A DNA stretch of 50,827 nt from Candidatus Omnitrophota bacterium (GTDB taxonomy: Bacteria > Ratteibacteria > UBA8468 > MWAK01). A program made the translations under genes and the position numbers. Under the pieces are notes generated by a model, which saw nothing but the letters and a program-made list of their open reading frames with translations, was not told the DNA's origin and searched no databases. Shown here piece by piece: positions 18,538 through 26,507 of this stretch. The stretch covers positions 1 through 50,827 of the forward strand of contig JAZDPL010000056.1 of the NCBI GenBank assembly GCA_043797665.1, written 5' to 3'. The stretch's first letter is position 1, and every line of letters starts with the position of its first letter.

Positions 18538-18626
18538 GTCATCCTGAGCGCGGGTTCCCTTACAGTTGAATCTGTAAGGGTAGCGAAGGACCTCTCCTTT
18601 AGATTCTTCGTTACACTCAGAATGAC
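18538..18626. repeat. GTCATCCTGAG...CTCAGAATGAC doublet with a nested 30-nt hairpin
   Basis: The insert at 18551-18580, CGGGTTCCCTTACAGTTGAATCTGTAAGGG, is the exact reverse complement of 9819-9848. Confidence 0.82.
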
Positions 18627-18673
18627 AACGAGGGAACATTGGGATTTCGGATTTTGTGCTTATGTGCTAAAAT

Positions 18674-19495
18674 ATGGGTATGGAATTTACCAAGGCGGTG
18701 GGGTCGGGAAACGACTTTATAATTGTGGACAACCGCCAGAATCTTATCCTGGAGCCGTCTAAATTAGCGCAGGAATCATGCCCGCGGAGATTGTCAGTGG
18801 GTGCTGACGGCTTGCTTCTTCTGGAAAATTCTGATTTATCCGGAGCCTTTGGCATGCGCATTTTCAACCCGGACGGCTCGGAAGCAGAAATGTGCGGAAA
18901 CGGCTTAAGGTGCCTCCTGTTCTATCTGGTACATAAAGGACTAACCCGGATAGATGAGTTTATTCCTATTGAGACTAAAGCGGGATTGCGCCGGGGCAGA
19001 GTGCTTAAAAGTTCTTTTCGGAACAGCGCGGTGGTTGAAGCCGGTTTAGGTATCCCCAAAGACCTGCGTCTTTCCTTTTCTATTGAATCTGCCGGAGTAC
19101 AATTTATCGCCAACTCCGTCAACACCGGCGTTCCTCATACGGTCATAGAAGTGACGGGCTTAAGTAAATTCCCGGTGAAGGAACTGGGTCGCAAGATTCG
19201 TTTTCACACTTGCTTTGCACCTGAAGGCACCAACGTTAATTTCGTAGAATTGGACAAAGATTCTCTTAGAATCCGGACCTACGAACGGGGCGTGGAGGAT
19301 GAAACGCTTTCCTGCGGCACCGGAACGGCAGCGGCCGGTATCATTCTCAACCGGTTGGGAAAAGTCAGCCTTCCGGTTAAGGTGTCTGCCTTTTCCGGGG
19401 AAGTACTTACCGTAACCGAAGACCAGGGTGAAGCATTCCTCTCCGGCGAGGCCAGAATCGTCTATGAAGGTAAAACCCCTAAGGCTCTCCTTTGA
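18674..19495 (+). CDS. dapF: diaminopimelate epimerase
   Basis: GSGNDF, GADG, NPDGSEAEMCGNG, TGVPH, GTNVNF and RTYERGVEDETLSCGTG. The real start may be the ATG at 18680. Confidence 0.95.
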   Translation: MGMEFTKAVGSGNDFIIVDNRQNLILEPSKLAQESCPRRLSVGADGLLLLENSDLSGAFGMRIFNPDGSEAEMCGNGLRCLLFYLVHKGLTRIDEFIPIETKAGLRRGRVLKSSFRNSAVVEAGLGIPKDLRLSFSIESAGVQFIANSVNTGVPHTVIEVTGLSKFPVKELGRKIRFHTCFAPEGTNVNFVELDKDSLRIRTYERGVEDETLSCGTGTAAAGIILNRLGKVSLPVKVSAFSGEVLTVTEDQGEAFLSGEARIVYEGKTPKALL

Positions 19496-21272
19496 CCCTC
19501 TGCCCTCCGTTCTATCTCTCTTTATCACCGGTATATTATTAGCTAAGGTACTGCCTTGGAATCCGCAAATCTATCTTTTCTCTGCCGGTCTAACCCTTGG
19601 AATTAGTCTGTTACTCCTTGGGACCAAGTCAATCCCCAAAAAGTCCCTTCTAATCCCCCTTACTTCCCCCTTTGCAAAAGGAGGATTGAGGGGGATTTTC
19701 AGTCTTCTGCTTCTTTTCCCTTTTCTCTTCATCGGCATCAGTCACAGCCAGTATTTCCAAAAGCCAGAACTCAATGACATCAGCCGCTTCCGGATGAAAA
19801 GTCCGATAATAATTGAGGGAGTAATAATAAACAACCCTTCCGAAGATAATGGACAGGCAGTAGTTCAGACAGAGAGAATTACGGAACCGATTTCTATCTG
19901 GCCGGTTACCGGAAATATTCTTCTTGTCTTCCGGGAGCGTCCGGTACCGCTCCGGTATGGTGACCGGCTCCGGGTCCGGCTGGTAATGGGGTTGCCTGTC
20001 TCAAAGGGTGATTTTGACTACGCCGGCTATCTTGCCCGGCACCGAATATACGCTGCTGCTTACCCCGGAAAAACTGATTTAACCATTATCGGGACTGAGG
20101 GGTTGTCGCAGAATAAAATTGACTATTTGCCAGAGGCGATTTTGGAGCGAGACAAGGAGCGAAGAAGCTGGCGTACCCCCTGTGGTACGGAAGCAATGAG
20201 CGACGCAGTCGTAGCCCAAAAGAGACCTGGCCCTTCGGGGAGTCCCATCTTCGGGTCATTGCGGCGTTGCTCCTCGGTTATGTGCCGCAGTGGGCACAGA
20301 ACCTTCGTCGCGCCGTGCACTACTCACAACGCCGGGACTCCAATTAGACAATTTTATTCTGCGACAACCCATAGAAATAAAAACCATCTGCTCCCTTTCG
20401 CTTTTCACGTCCGCAGCCGAATCAGAAACATTTTGACCGAACTGATTCCGGAAGAACCAAACCTCTCCATCCTGGAAATGATGTCATTCGGGTTACGGAA
20501 CCCCAAACCGGAATTGAAAGAACCTTTTCAGAAGGTAGGTGTCTACCACCTCCTGGTCGTCTCCGGTCTGCACGTGGGTTTCTTTCTCCTCTTTCTCCAT
20601 TTTATTCTTTCACCGTTTGCACTCCACCCCCGGCTGAAGGCTCTGCTCTACCTTCCGGCTATCTCAGCCTATACGTTAGCCTGCGGCCTATCCGCACCGG
20701 TGGTACGGGCCGGTCTAATGGCGGGATTCTACTACCTGGGCATCGTCCTGAACCGAAGGTCTAAACCTGTTTACGCCATCTCCCTGGCTGCCTTTGTACT
20801 TCTTCTTCTCAACCCGCTTTCGCTCTTTGATGCGGGCTGGCAGTTGACTTTTGGAATTACCTTAGGTCTAATTACCGGTACTAAAACTCTGAACCCTTAT
20901 TTCCGCCGGCTGCCGGACTGGCTGGCAAACAGCCTTTCTGCGGCAATCATCGGTCAATTAGTCAGCCTTCCCTTAACCGCTTTCCACTTTGGTAATGTTC
21001 CTTTCCTGGCTCTGGTGGCAAACCTTATGTTTGTTCCTCTTTCCGGCCTGATTGTCTTAGAAACTTTCCTTACGGTATTCTGTGGTCCAATTGGTTTCCT
21101 TTTCGCTGCCACCGCTACCGCCCTGACCTCCGTCTTTTACCAAACCACCCGGTTCCTTTCGGAATTACCATTCACTTTTGTCACCGTGCCGAAAGGCAAT
21201 TATCTCTATTTCCTCGGTTACCTTCCTCTCATCGCTCTCTTCCTTTATTCCCGAAAACGCCCTTTATTGTAA
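19464..21272 (+). CDS. comEC: ComEC/Rec2 DNA uptake channel (OB-fold + competence domain, no metallo-beta-lactamase domain) with two in-frame repeat insertions
   Basis: YGDRL, FDYAGYL, GVYHLLVVSGLHVG, S.PVVRA.LM, NP..LFD.GWQL.F and ANL.FVP. Start is the ATG at 19464. Confidence 0.88.
   Translation: MKVKPLRLSFDPLPSVLSLFITGILLAKVLPWNPQIYLFSAGLTLGISLLLLGTKSIPKKSLLIPLTSPFAKGGLRGIFSLLLLFPFLFIGISHSQYFQKPELNDISRFRMKSPIIIEGVIINNPSEDNGQAVVQTERITEPISIWPVTGNILLVFRERPVPLRYGDRLRVRLVMGLPVSKGDFDYAGYLARHRIYAAAYPGKTDLTIIGTEGLSQNKIDYLPEAILERDKERRSWRTPCGTEAMSDAVVAQKRPGPSGSPIFGSLRRCSSVMCRSGHRTFVAPCTTHNAGTPIRQFYSATTHRNKNHLLPFAFHVRSRIRNILTELIPEEPNLSILEMMSFGLRNPKPELKEPFQKVGVYHLLVVSGLHVGFFLLFLHFILSPFALHPRLKALLYLPAISAYTLACGLSAPVVRAGLMAGFYYLGIVLNRRSKPVYAISLAAFVLLLLNPLSLFDAGWQLTFGITLGLITGTKTLNPYFRRLPDWLANSLSAAIIGQLVSLPLTAFHFGNVPFLALVANLMFVPLSGLIVLETFLTVFCGPIGFLFAATATALTSVFYQTTRFLSELPFTFVTVPKGNYLYFLGYLPLIALFLYSRKRPLL
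19652..19698. repeat. CCCCC/GGGGG palindromic element inside the comEC coding region
   Basis: AATCCCCCTTACTTCCCCCTTTGCAAAAGGAGGATTGAGGGGGATTT, translated as IPLTSPFAKGGLRGI. Confidence 0.75.
20100..20370. mobile_element. MITE-like element with ~30-bp terminal inverted repeats, in frame within comEC
   Basis: Left end GGGTTGTCGCAGAATAAAATTGACTATTTG; right end reverse complement GGGTTGTCGCAGAATAAAATTGTCTAATTG (first 22 nt identical). No transposase inside. Confidence 0.85.
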
Positions 21273-21348
21273 AAACCATATATTATTTGACCCGCAATAA
21301 ATTTGTGTGCTATGCTGTAACTAATACAAACGAATTAAATATTTTGAC

Positions 21349-21438
21349 GTAGGGGTCGCTCTGAAACAAGTTCAGGGTATCCGACCCGCGGGTTTGATAA
21401 ATCAAACCCCTACAAGTAGCGGTGCGATTTATCGCACC
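21349..21438. repeat. GTAG REP doublet with a nested hairpin, followed by a GTAGCGGTGCG REP
   Basis: GTAGGGGTCG[CTCTGAAACAAGTTCAGGGT]ATCCGACCCGCGGGTTTGATAAATCAAACCCCTAC, then GTAGCGGTGCGATTTATCGCACC. Confidence 0.85.
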
Positions 21439-21457
21439 TAAATGGTGGGGAGGGAAA

Positions 21458-21859
21458 ATGAAGTTCTTAGCAGGGATTCTGGCAGTAAGTCTGTTGTTCT
21501 GTGCGGGATGTTCCACGATGGCACCCTCAACTAAGGCGGGCGCGGGAATCGGCGCCATTGTCGGCGGAGTTGCCGGTGCGGCCATCGATAAGGAAAATTC
21601 CTGGCGGGGAGGTGTCATTGGTGCGGTCGCGGGAGGACTTTTAGGCGCGGTTATCGGCGACATCGTTGACCAGGCATCCAAAGAAGCAGCCCGGCGAAAT
21701 ACTCCGGTTAAATACAGCCGGACGACCAATGAAGGCTGGCGTGAAGATGTTATCGCGGAACCTATCTCGACCCGGGGTGACTACCGGGTGGTCTCAATTA
21801 AACACATCCGGGACGGAGAGGTAATCAGCGAAGAGATTAAAACCATCCCAATCCGGTAA
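21458..21859 (+). CDS. glycine-zipper lipoprotein
   Basis: SD GGAGG, ATG at 21458, lipobox CAGC and GAGIGAIVGGVAGA...GGVIGAVAGGLLGAVIG. Confidence 0.8.
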   Translation: MKFLAGILAVSLLFCAGCSTMAPSTKAGAGIGAIVGGVAGAAIDKENSWRGGVIGAVAGGLLGAVIGDIVDQASKEAARRNTPVKYSRTTNEGWREDVIAEPISTRGDYRVVSIKHIRDGEVISEEIKTIPIR

Positions 21860-21897
21860 ATAGCAGGCGTTAACTTCAGTATTTACGAACAAAATCT

Positions 21898-21927
21898 GGA
21901 TTCCCGCTTAAAACATGCGGGAATGAC
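21898..21927. repeat. GTCATTCCCGC family palindrome
   Basis: GGATTCCCGCTTAAAACATGCGGGAATGAC. Confidence 0.85.
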
Positions 21928-21937
21928 ATAATAAATT

Positions 21938-22264
21938 ATGTCCGAGCTAAAAGAAGTACTTGAAAAAATCAGCCGCGCGGAAGAAGAGGCAAAACTGACC
22001 CTGACGCGGGTAAAAGAAAGAGCGGCTGAATCCTTATCGGAAATCCGGAAAAAAGAATCTCTCTATACTTCCAAATCAGAAAAAGAAGCCGAACGAAGAT
22101 TATCCGAAATGGAAGAAACGATAAATAAAAATAAGTCTGCGGAAATTGAACGGATAAGAGAAGAATTACAAAAAGAAAAGGAAAAAATCAGGCAAGCCTA
22201 TTTAACGAAAAAAGAATTCGCGATTCAGTACGTTGTTAAGGGGTTGCTAAACCACCTACTCTGA
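21938..22264 (+). CDS. charged coiled-coil protein resembling A/V-type ATPase subunit G/H
   Basis: 108 aa, E/K-rich, with an EVLEKI..AEEEA start and a K.EFAIQYVV end typical of AtpH/VatG-like stalk subunits. Confidence 0.45.
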   Translation: MSELKEVLEKISRAEEEAKLTLTRVKERAAESLSEIRKKESLYTSKSEKEAERRLSEMEETINKNKSAEIERIREELQKEKEKIRQAYLTKKEFAIQYVVKGLLNHLL

Positions 22265-23491
22265 AATTACCCGGTCCCGGCCCTGCTCTTTAGCAGAGTA
22301 AAGTCTATCATCAGCCTTCTTTAAAACCGTCTCCGCGGTCGTTCCGTCACCGGGATAACTTGCCACTCCGATACTGACGGTCAAGTCGCCGTTTGGCTGT
22401 GTTTCTTCACCCGGGAAATGGTGTTCGTTGACCGCGCGGTTAAGCCTGCGACAGACTAAAGCGGCATTCTCAAGAGTGGTTTCGGAAAAGATAACCACAA
22501 ACTCTTCTCCGCCATACCGCGCCACGATATCCGAACCCTTGGTCCCCCGTTGTAAAATGTGTCCGATGGTCCGCAAAACTTCATCACCAGCCTGATGACC
22601 ATGGGTATCATTGTAGTGCTTGAAATTGTCCACATCCAACATGGCAATAGAACAGGGTTGATTATTCTTGATGGCTTCTCCCATCTCTTTTTTTAAAAAC
22701 TCTTCAAAATATCTGCGGTTAAAGAGGTTGGTAAGACCATCGGTAATGGAAAGACGCTTGGTCTTTTCCATAAGCGTGGCGTTTTCAATTAACAGGCTGG
22801 CCTGGACCGCCAAGGTGGTCATCAAATCAAGATCCCGGCTGGTGAAAGCACCTTTTTTCTTGCCCAGAGCAGCGAGCAATCCAATACTTTCGCCCCGGTG
22901 TTTAAGGGGAGCCGCCAGAAAAGAACTGTAACCCTTTGTACCCAGAAAACGGTACCGGGAAAAGGATTCGGTATTATTAACCAGAGCGGAATTACCGGAA
23001 AGGATAACATCCTCCAGAATCTCTTCCCCCAAGTCTACCGACTCGTTGCCTTTTACGACCAGCGTAAAGTAACGCCTTTCTTCGGAACTATAAACCTGTA
23101 ATATCAAATTATCCGCTTTAGTCAGTTTCTGGCTGGCTTCCGCAATCCGGTTAAGAATGTCATCCAGGTTCGGGTTACGACCAAAGACCGCGATAATTTC
23201 GTTAAGCGTGGTAAGAAGGATACTCTCCCGCATATGGTCAGATAAAGAAAGCCTCATCTTTTCACTCTCACGCTCCAGAAGGGCCATCCGGCTCTGAAAC
23301 TGATTGTGAAGGACCAGGATACTCAGTAAGAAGAAAAAACTTATCAGGTTGGTCGTAAGGGAACACCGGGTAGAAAAATAAGCGTTGAGTTCTGGTGATA
23401 AATGGTAAAGCACATTAAACGATATCAGAGCAACGATTCCAATAATAACAAAAACAAGAGATTGTATCCGCATCTTAGTAGACAAAGTCAT
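22256..23491 (-). CDS. membrane-anchored GAF + GGDEF diguanylate cyclase
   Basis: Two N-terminal TMs, GAF (APL...IG.L...FT..D..L), TDGLT.LFNRR, DVDNFK.YND..GH..GD and RYGGEEF. Confidence 0.92.
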   Translation of the reverse strand: MTLSTKMRIQSLVFVIIGIVALISFNVLYHLSPELNAYFSTRCSLTTNLISFFFLLSILVLHNQFQSRMALLERESEKMRLSLSDHMRESILLTTLNEIIAVFGRNPNLDDILNRIAEASQKLTKADNLILQVYSSEERRYFTLVVKGNESVDLGEEILEDVILSGNSALVNNTESFSRYRFLGTKGYSSFLAAPLKHRGESIGLLAALGKKKGAFTSRDLDLMTTLAVQASLLIENATLMEKTKRLSITDGLTNLFNRRYFEEFLKKEMGEAIKNNQPCSIAMLDVDNFKHYNDTHGHQAGDEVLRTIGHILQRGTKGSDIVARYGGEEFVVIFSETTLENAALVCRRLNRAVNEHHFPGEETQPNGDLTVSIGVASYPGDGTTAETVLKKADDRLYSAKEQGRDRVISE

Positions 23492-23563
23492 ATTTTTAGG
23501 TCTTTAGCATTAAACCTATCGGTTTGCCGTAAATACTTTATCGGGGCAAAAGGAAAATGATGT

Positions 23564-23911
23564 TTACCCTTTCGCCATCTGGGTTAGATTCTGAAAGACG
23601 TGAGGCTGGGAAATGGCTAATTCAGCCAAAATCTTCCGGTTGAGAGATATACCGGCTTTTTTCAAACCAGCCATAAACTGGCGGTAGTTTAGACCCTCTT
23701 TCCGTACGGCAGCATTTATCTGTATAATCCAGATTCCCCGCTGTTCCCGTTTTTTTTGCCGGCGGTCCCGCCAGGCATAGTCCAGTCCCTTCGCAGAAAA
23801 CTCCTTGGCAAACTGGTATAATTTTGAACGACCCTGCCGGAATCCTTTAGCCCGTTTCAATACTTTTTTGTGGCGGCGACGGGCAGCCGGGTTATTGGTA
23901 CTTCTAGGCAT
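23564..23911 (-). CDS. rplT: 50S ribosomal protein L20
   Basis: MPR...RRRHKKVLKRAKGF, YAWRDRRQKKR, WI..INAA and LNRKILAELA. Confidence 0.97.
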   Translation of the reverse strand: MPRSTNNPAARRRHKKVLKRAKGFRQGRSKLYQFAKEFSAKGLDYAWRDRRQKKREQRGIWIIQINAAVRKEGLNYRQFMAGLKKAGISLNRKILAELAISQPHVFQNLTQMAKG

Positions 23912-24101
23912 AAGGCATCAACCTCTCAACCTGCTTCTGTTCCGCGGAAGAAACCCAGGTCAATTTGCGCAGTCTTCTTTTTCGTTTGGGCCGTTTTCCG
24001 GAAAGGAGATGACTGGCACACGCCCGAGCCCGTTTTACTCTTCCTTTAGCGTTAAACCTTAATCTTTTTGCCGCACTCTTGCGAGTCTTTACCTTGGGCA
24101 T
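23904..24101 (-). CDS. rpmI: 50S ribosomal protein L35
   Basis: MPKVKTRKSAAKR...HLL..K..KRKRRL. Confidence 0.96.
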   Translation of the reverse strand: MPKVKTRKSAAKRLRFNAKGRVKRARACASHLLSGKRPKRKRRLRKLTWVSSAEQKQVERLMPYA

Positions 24102-24112
24102 AGTTTTATATT

Positions 24113-24631
24113 TTACACCGGACGGAAAATTATGTCAATCTCCTTGCCCTCAAACCGGGCCGCTCTCTCTACCGTACCTGCTTCACTCAATTCCCGGATA
24201 AGACGGTCGATAAGTTCACGCCCTTTCTCTTTATGGATAATCTGACGCCCCCGGAATCTGACCCGGACCTTAACCCGGTCGCCGATTTTTAGAAACTTGA
24301 TGATATGCTCTTTTTTAAAGTTGTAGTCGTGGTCGCTGATGACCGGCGAAAATCTAATCTCCTTCTGTTCGACAACCCGTTGTTTCTTCCGAACTTCGCG
24401 CTCTTTTTTCGCCTGTTCGTATTTATACTTATGGAAATCGATAATCCGGCAGACCGGGGGTGTAGCCTGAGGAACAATTTCTACCAGGTCCAGTCCGGCT
24501 TCTTTTGCCCGATTAATCGCCTCCTGCTGGCCGACCACACCGACAGGGCTGCCCTTTTCATCAATCAAACGCACCTGGGGAACCTTAATCTGGTAATTTA
24601 TCCGGATAAACCGCTTTACCTGGTAACTTAT
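24113..24631 (-). CDS. infC: translation initiation factor IF-3
   Basis: RIN.QI...QVRLI, GLDLVEI, PPVCRIID..KYKYE, KEIRF and GDRVKV. SD GGAGGT then an in-frame ATA at 24631, a likely non-AUG start. Confidence 0.95.
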   Translation of the reverse strand: MSYQVKRFIRINYQIKVPQVRLIDEKGSPVGVVGQQEAINRAKEAGLDLVEIVPQATPPVCRIIDFHKYKYEQAKKEREVRKKQRVVEQKEIRFSPVISDHDYNFKKEHIIKFLKIGDRVKVRVRFRGRQIIHKEKGRELIDRLIRELSEAGTVERAARFEGKEIDIIFRPV

Positions 24632-24642
24632 ACGCACCTCCC

Positions 24643-24696
24643 GAGATTGCGAGCCCTATAGTGTGCCGAAGGCTCTACTATAGGGCTCGCAATGAC
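24643..24696. repeat. GTCATTGCGAG...GCAATCTC family palindrome with a nested hairpin
   Basis: GAGATTGCGAGCCCTATAGT...ACTATAGGGCTCGCAATGAC between thrS and infC. Confidence 0.75.
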
Positions 24697-26423
24697 TACA
24701 TCATTTTATTAGCAACCGCATCCTTTAAACTAACGGTAAAGTCAGCCAGAGAAGACACACCCTGTTCACCCTTTCCGTGCCTCCGGACCGAAACGGTCCC
24801 GCTTTCTTTCTCCCGGCGGCCAACGATAGCCAAAAAAGGGACCTTTTCTGTTTCCGCCCGGAAGATTTTTCGGGCAATCTTCTCCTCTGAATTATCAATC
24901 ATAACCCGAAACCCGTTTTCCGTCAAGTGACGATGGATATTTTCGCCGTATTCGTTTTCCTTGCCGGTGATGGGTAAAACCGCCACCTGTACCGGCGCCA
25001 GCCAGAACGGAAATGCACCTTTGTAGTGTTCAATCAATACCCCGAAGAACCGCTCTAACGAACCTAAGAGGGCGCGGTGAATCATAATGGGGCGTTCTTC
25101 CTTTCCGGTGGAATTAATAAAGGACAGGTCAAAACGTTCCGGCAGATTAAAATCAACCTGGATGGTAGAACACTGCCAGGACCGTCCCAGAACGTCTTTA
25201 ATCTTAATGTCTATTTTTGGTCCGTAAAAGACGCCCTCGCCCGGGTCGACCCGATAAGGTATCGCGACCGATTCAACCGCATTTTTTAAGGCGTTTGTGG
25301 CGCGGTCCCAATTTTCCAGGGAACCAACGTACTCTTCCGGACGGGTACTCAAAAAGATTTCAAATTCGGAAAAACCGAAATCACGTAAAACGTCCAAAGC
25401 AAAGGAACAGGCACCCTTGATTTCCTCTCCTAAATCTTCCGGCTTGCAAAAGATATGGGCATCGTCCTGGGTAAACCCCCGCACCCGCAAAAGTCCGTGG
25501 AGAACCCCGCTCTTCTCCAAACGGTAGACGGTACCGAATTCCGCCCATCTTAACGGCAGTTCCCGGTAACTGCGGAGCCGGTTTTTGTAAATCAGAATGT
25601 GCCCGGGACAATTCATCGGTTTGACCAGAAGTTTTTGGTTCTCCAGATCCACGGGAGGAAACATATATTGCCGGTAAAAATTTAAATGGCCCGAAGTCTG
25701 CCAGAGAGAAAGGTCGGCCAGATGCGGCGTATAAACCATATTGTATCCACGCCGGGTCTGTTCGGTAACCAAAAAATCTTCAATTATTTTCCGGACAACC
25801 GCCCCCTTAGGATGCCAGAAGACAAAACCCGCGCCGGCGGATTCCTGGAAACTGTACAGGTCAAGTTCTTTTCCCAGACGCCGGTGGTCGCGTTCTTTCG
25901 CCTCATCCAAACGCCGCAGGAAGGCGTCTAACAAGGACTGTTCCGGAAACGATATCCCGTAGACCCGCTGCATACTCTCTCTTTTTTCATCCCCGCGCCA
26001 GTAACTGGCCGCCGTAGAAAAAAGTGCCAGCGCCTTAACTTTGCCGGTAGATTCAATGTGGGGACCGGCGCACAAGTCACTGAAATTACCCTGCTGGTAA
26101 AAGGTAACCTTATCGCCGGGAATTTCGTTCAGAATCTCCATCTTAAACCGCTCCCCGTTCTTTGCCAGCAGCTCTTTTGCCCCGGTCCGCTCCATCTCTT
26201 TACGAACCACCGGCAGGTCAGCCGCCGCCAGTTCCTTCATTTTTGCTTCAATACGCTTCAGGTCTTCCGGCGTAAAAGGCTGTCCGCGGTAAAAATCGTA
26301 GTAAAAACCGTTCTCAATGGCCGGACCGGTTCCCAGGAGTACTTCGGGATAAAGTTCCTTCACCGCCTGCGCTAAGATATGGCTGCTGGTATGCCAGAAC
26401 GCCTGTTGTTCTTCCTTAATCAT
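24696..26423 (-). CDS. thrS: threonine--tRNA ligase (lacks the N-terminal TGS domain)
   Basis: HTSSH, GFYYDF, DLCAGPH, RDHRRLG, KPMNCPGH, RVRGFTQDDAH and IHRALLGSLERF. Start is the ATG at 26423. Confidence 0.96.
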   Translation of the reverse strand: MIKEEQQAFWHTSSHILAQAVKELYPEVLLGTGPAIENGFYYDFYRGQPFTPEDLKRIEAKMKELAAADLPVVRKEMERTGAKELLAKNGERFKMEILNEIPGDKVTFYQQGNFSDLCAGPHIESTGKVKALALFSTAASYWRGDEKRESMQRVYGISFPEQSLLDAFLRRLDEAKERDHRRLGKELDLYSFQESAGAGFVFWHPKGAVVRKIIEDFLVTEQTRRGYNMVYTPHLADLSLWQTSGHLNFYRQYMFPPVDLENQKLLVKPMNCPGHILIYKNRLRSYRELPLRWAEFGTVYRLEKSGVLHGLLRVRGFTQDDAHIFCKPEDLGEEIKGACSFALDVLRDFGFSEFEIFLSTRPEEYVGSLENWDRATNALKNAVESVAIPYRVDPGEGVFYGPKIDIKIKDVLGRSWQCSTIQVDFNLPERFDLSFINSTGKEERPIMIHRALLGSLERFFGVLIEHYKGAFPFWLAPVQVAVLPITGKENEYGENIHRHLTENGFRVMIDNSEEKIARKIFRAETEKVPFLAIVGRREKESGTVSVRRHGKGEQGVSSLADFTVSLKDAVANKMM

Positions 26424-26450
26424 ATTACAAAAAATAACGTTGCAGGATTT

Positions 26451-26507
26451 GTAGGGGTTTGATTTATCAAACCCGAATATTTCGGGCGTCATAAATGTCG
26501 CCCCTAC
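26451..26507. repeat. GTAG-type REP doublet
   Basis: GTAGGGGTTTGATTTATCAAACCC...GGGCGTCATAAATGTCGCCCCTAC. Supplies the purB stop codon. Confidence 0.85.

Noticed and set aside
26424..26492. N-terminal extension of ThrS (similar extensions for TolB 14758, lipoprotein 21422, ComEC 19428 and GlmS 46649)
   Set aside because: These derive from repeats or neighbouring genes. GlmS needs Cys at position 2, and better starts exist downstream.
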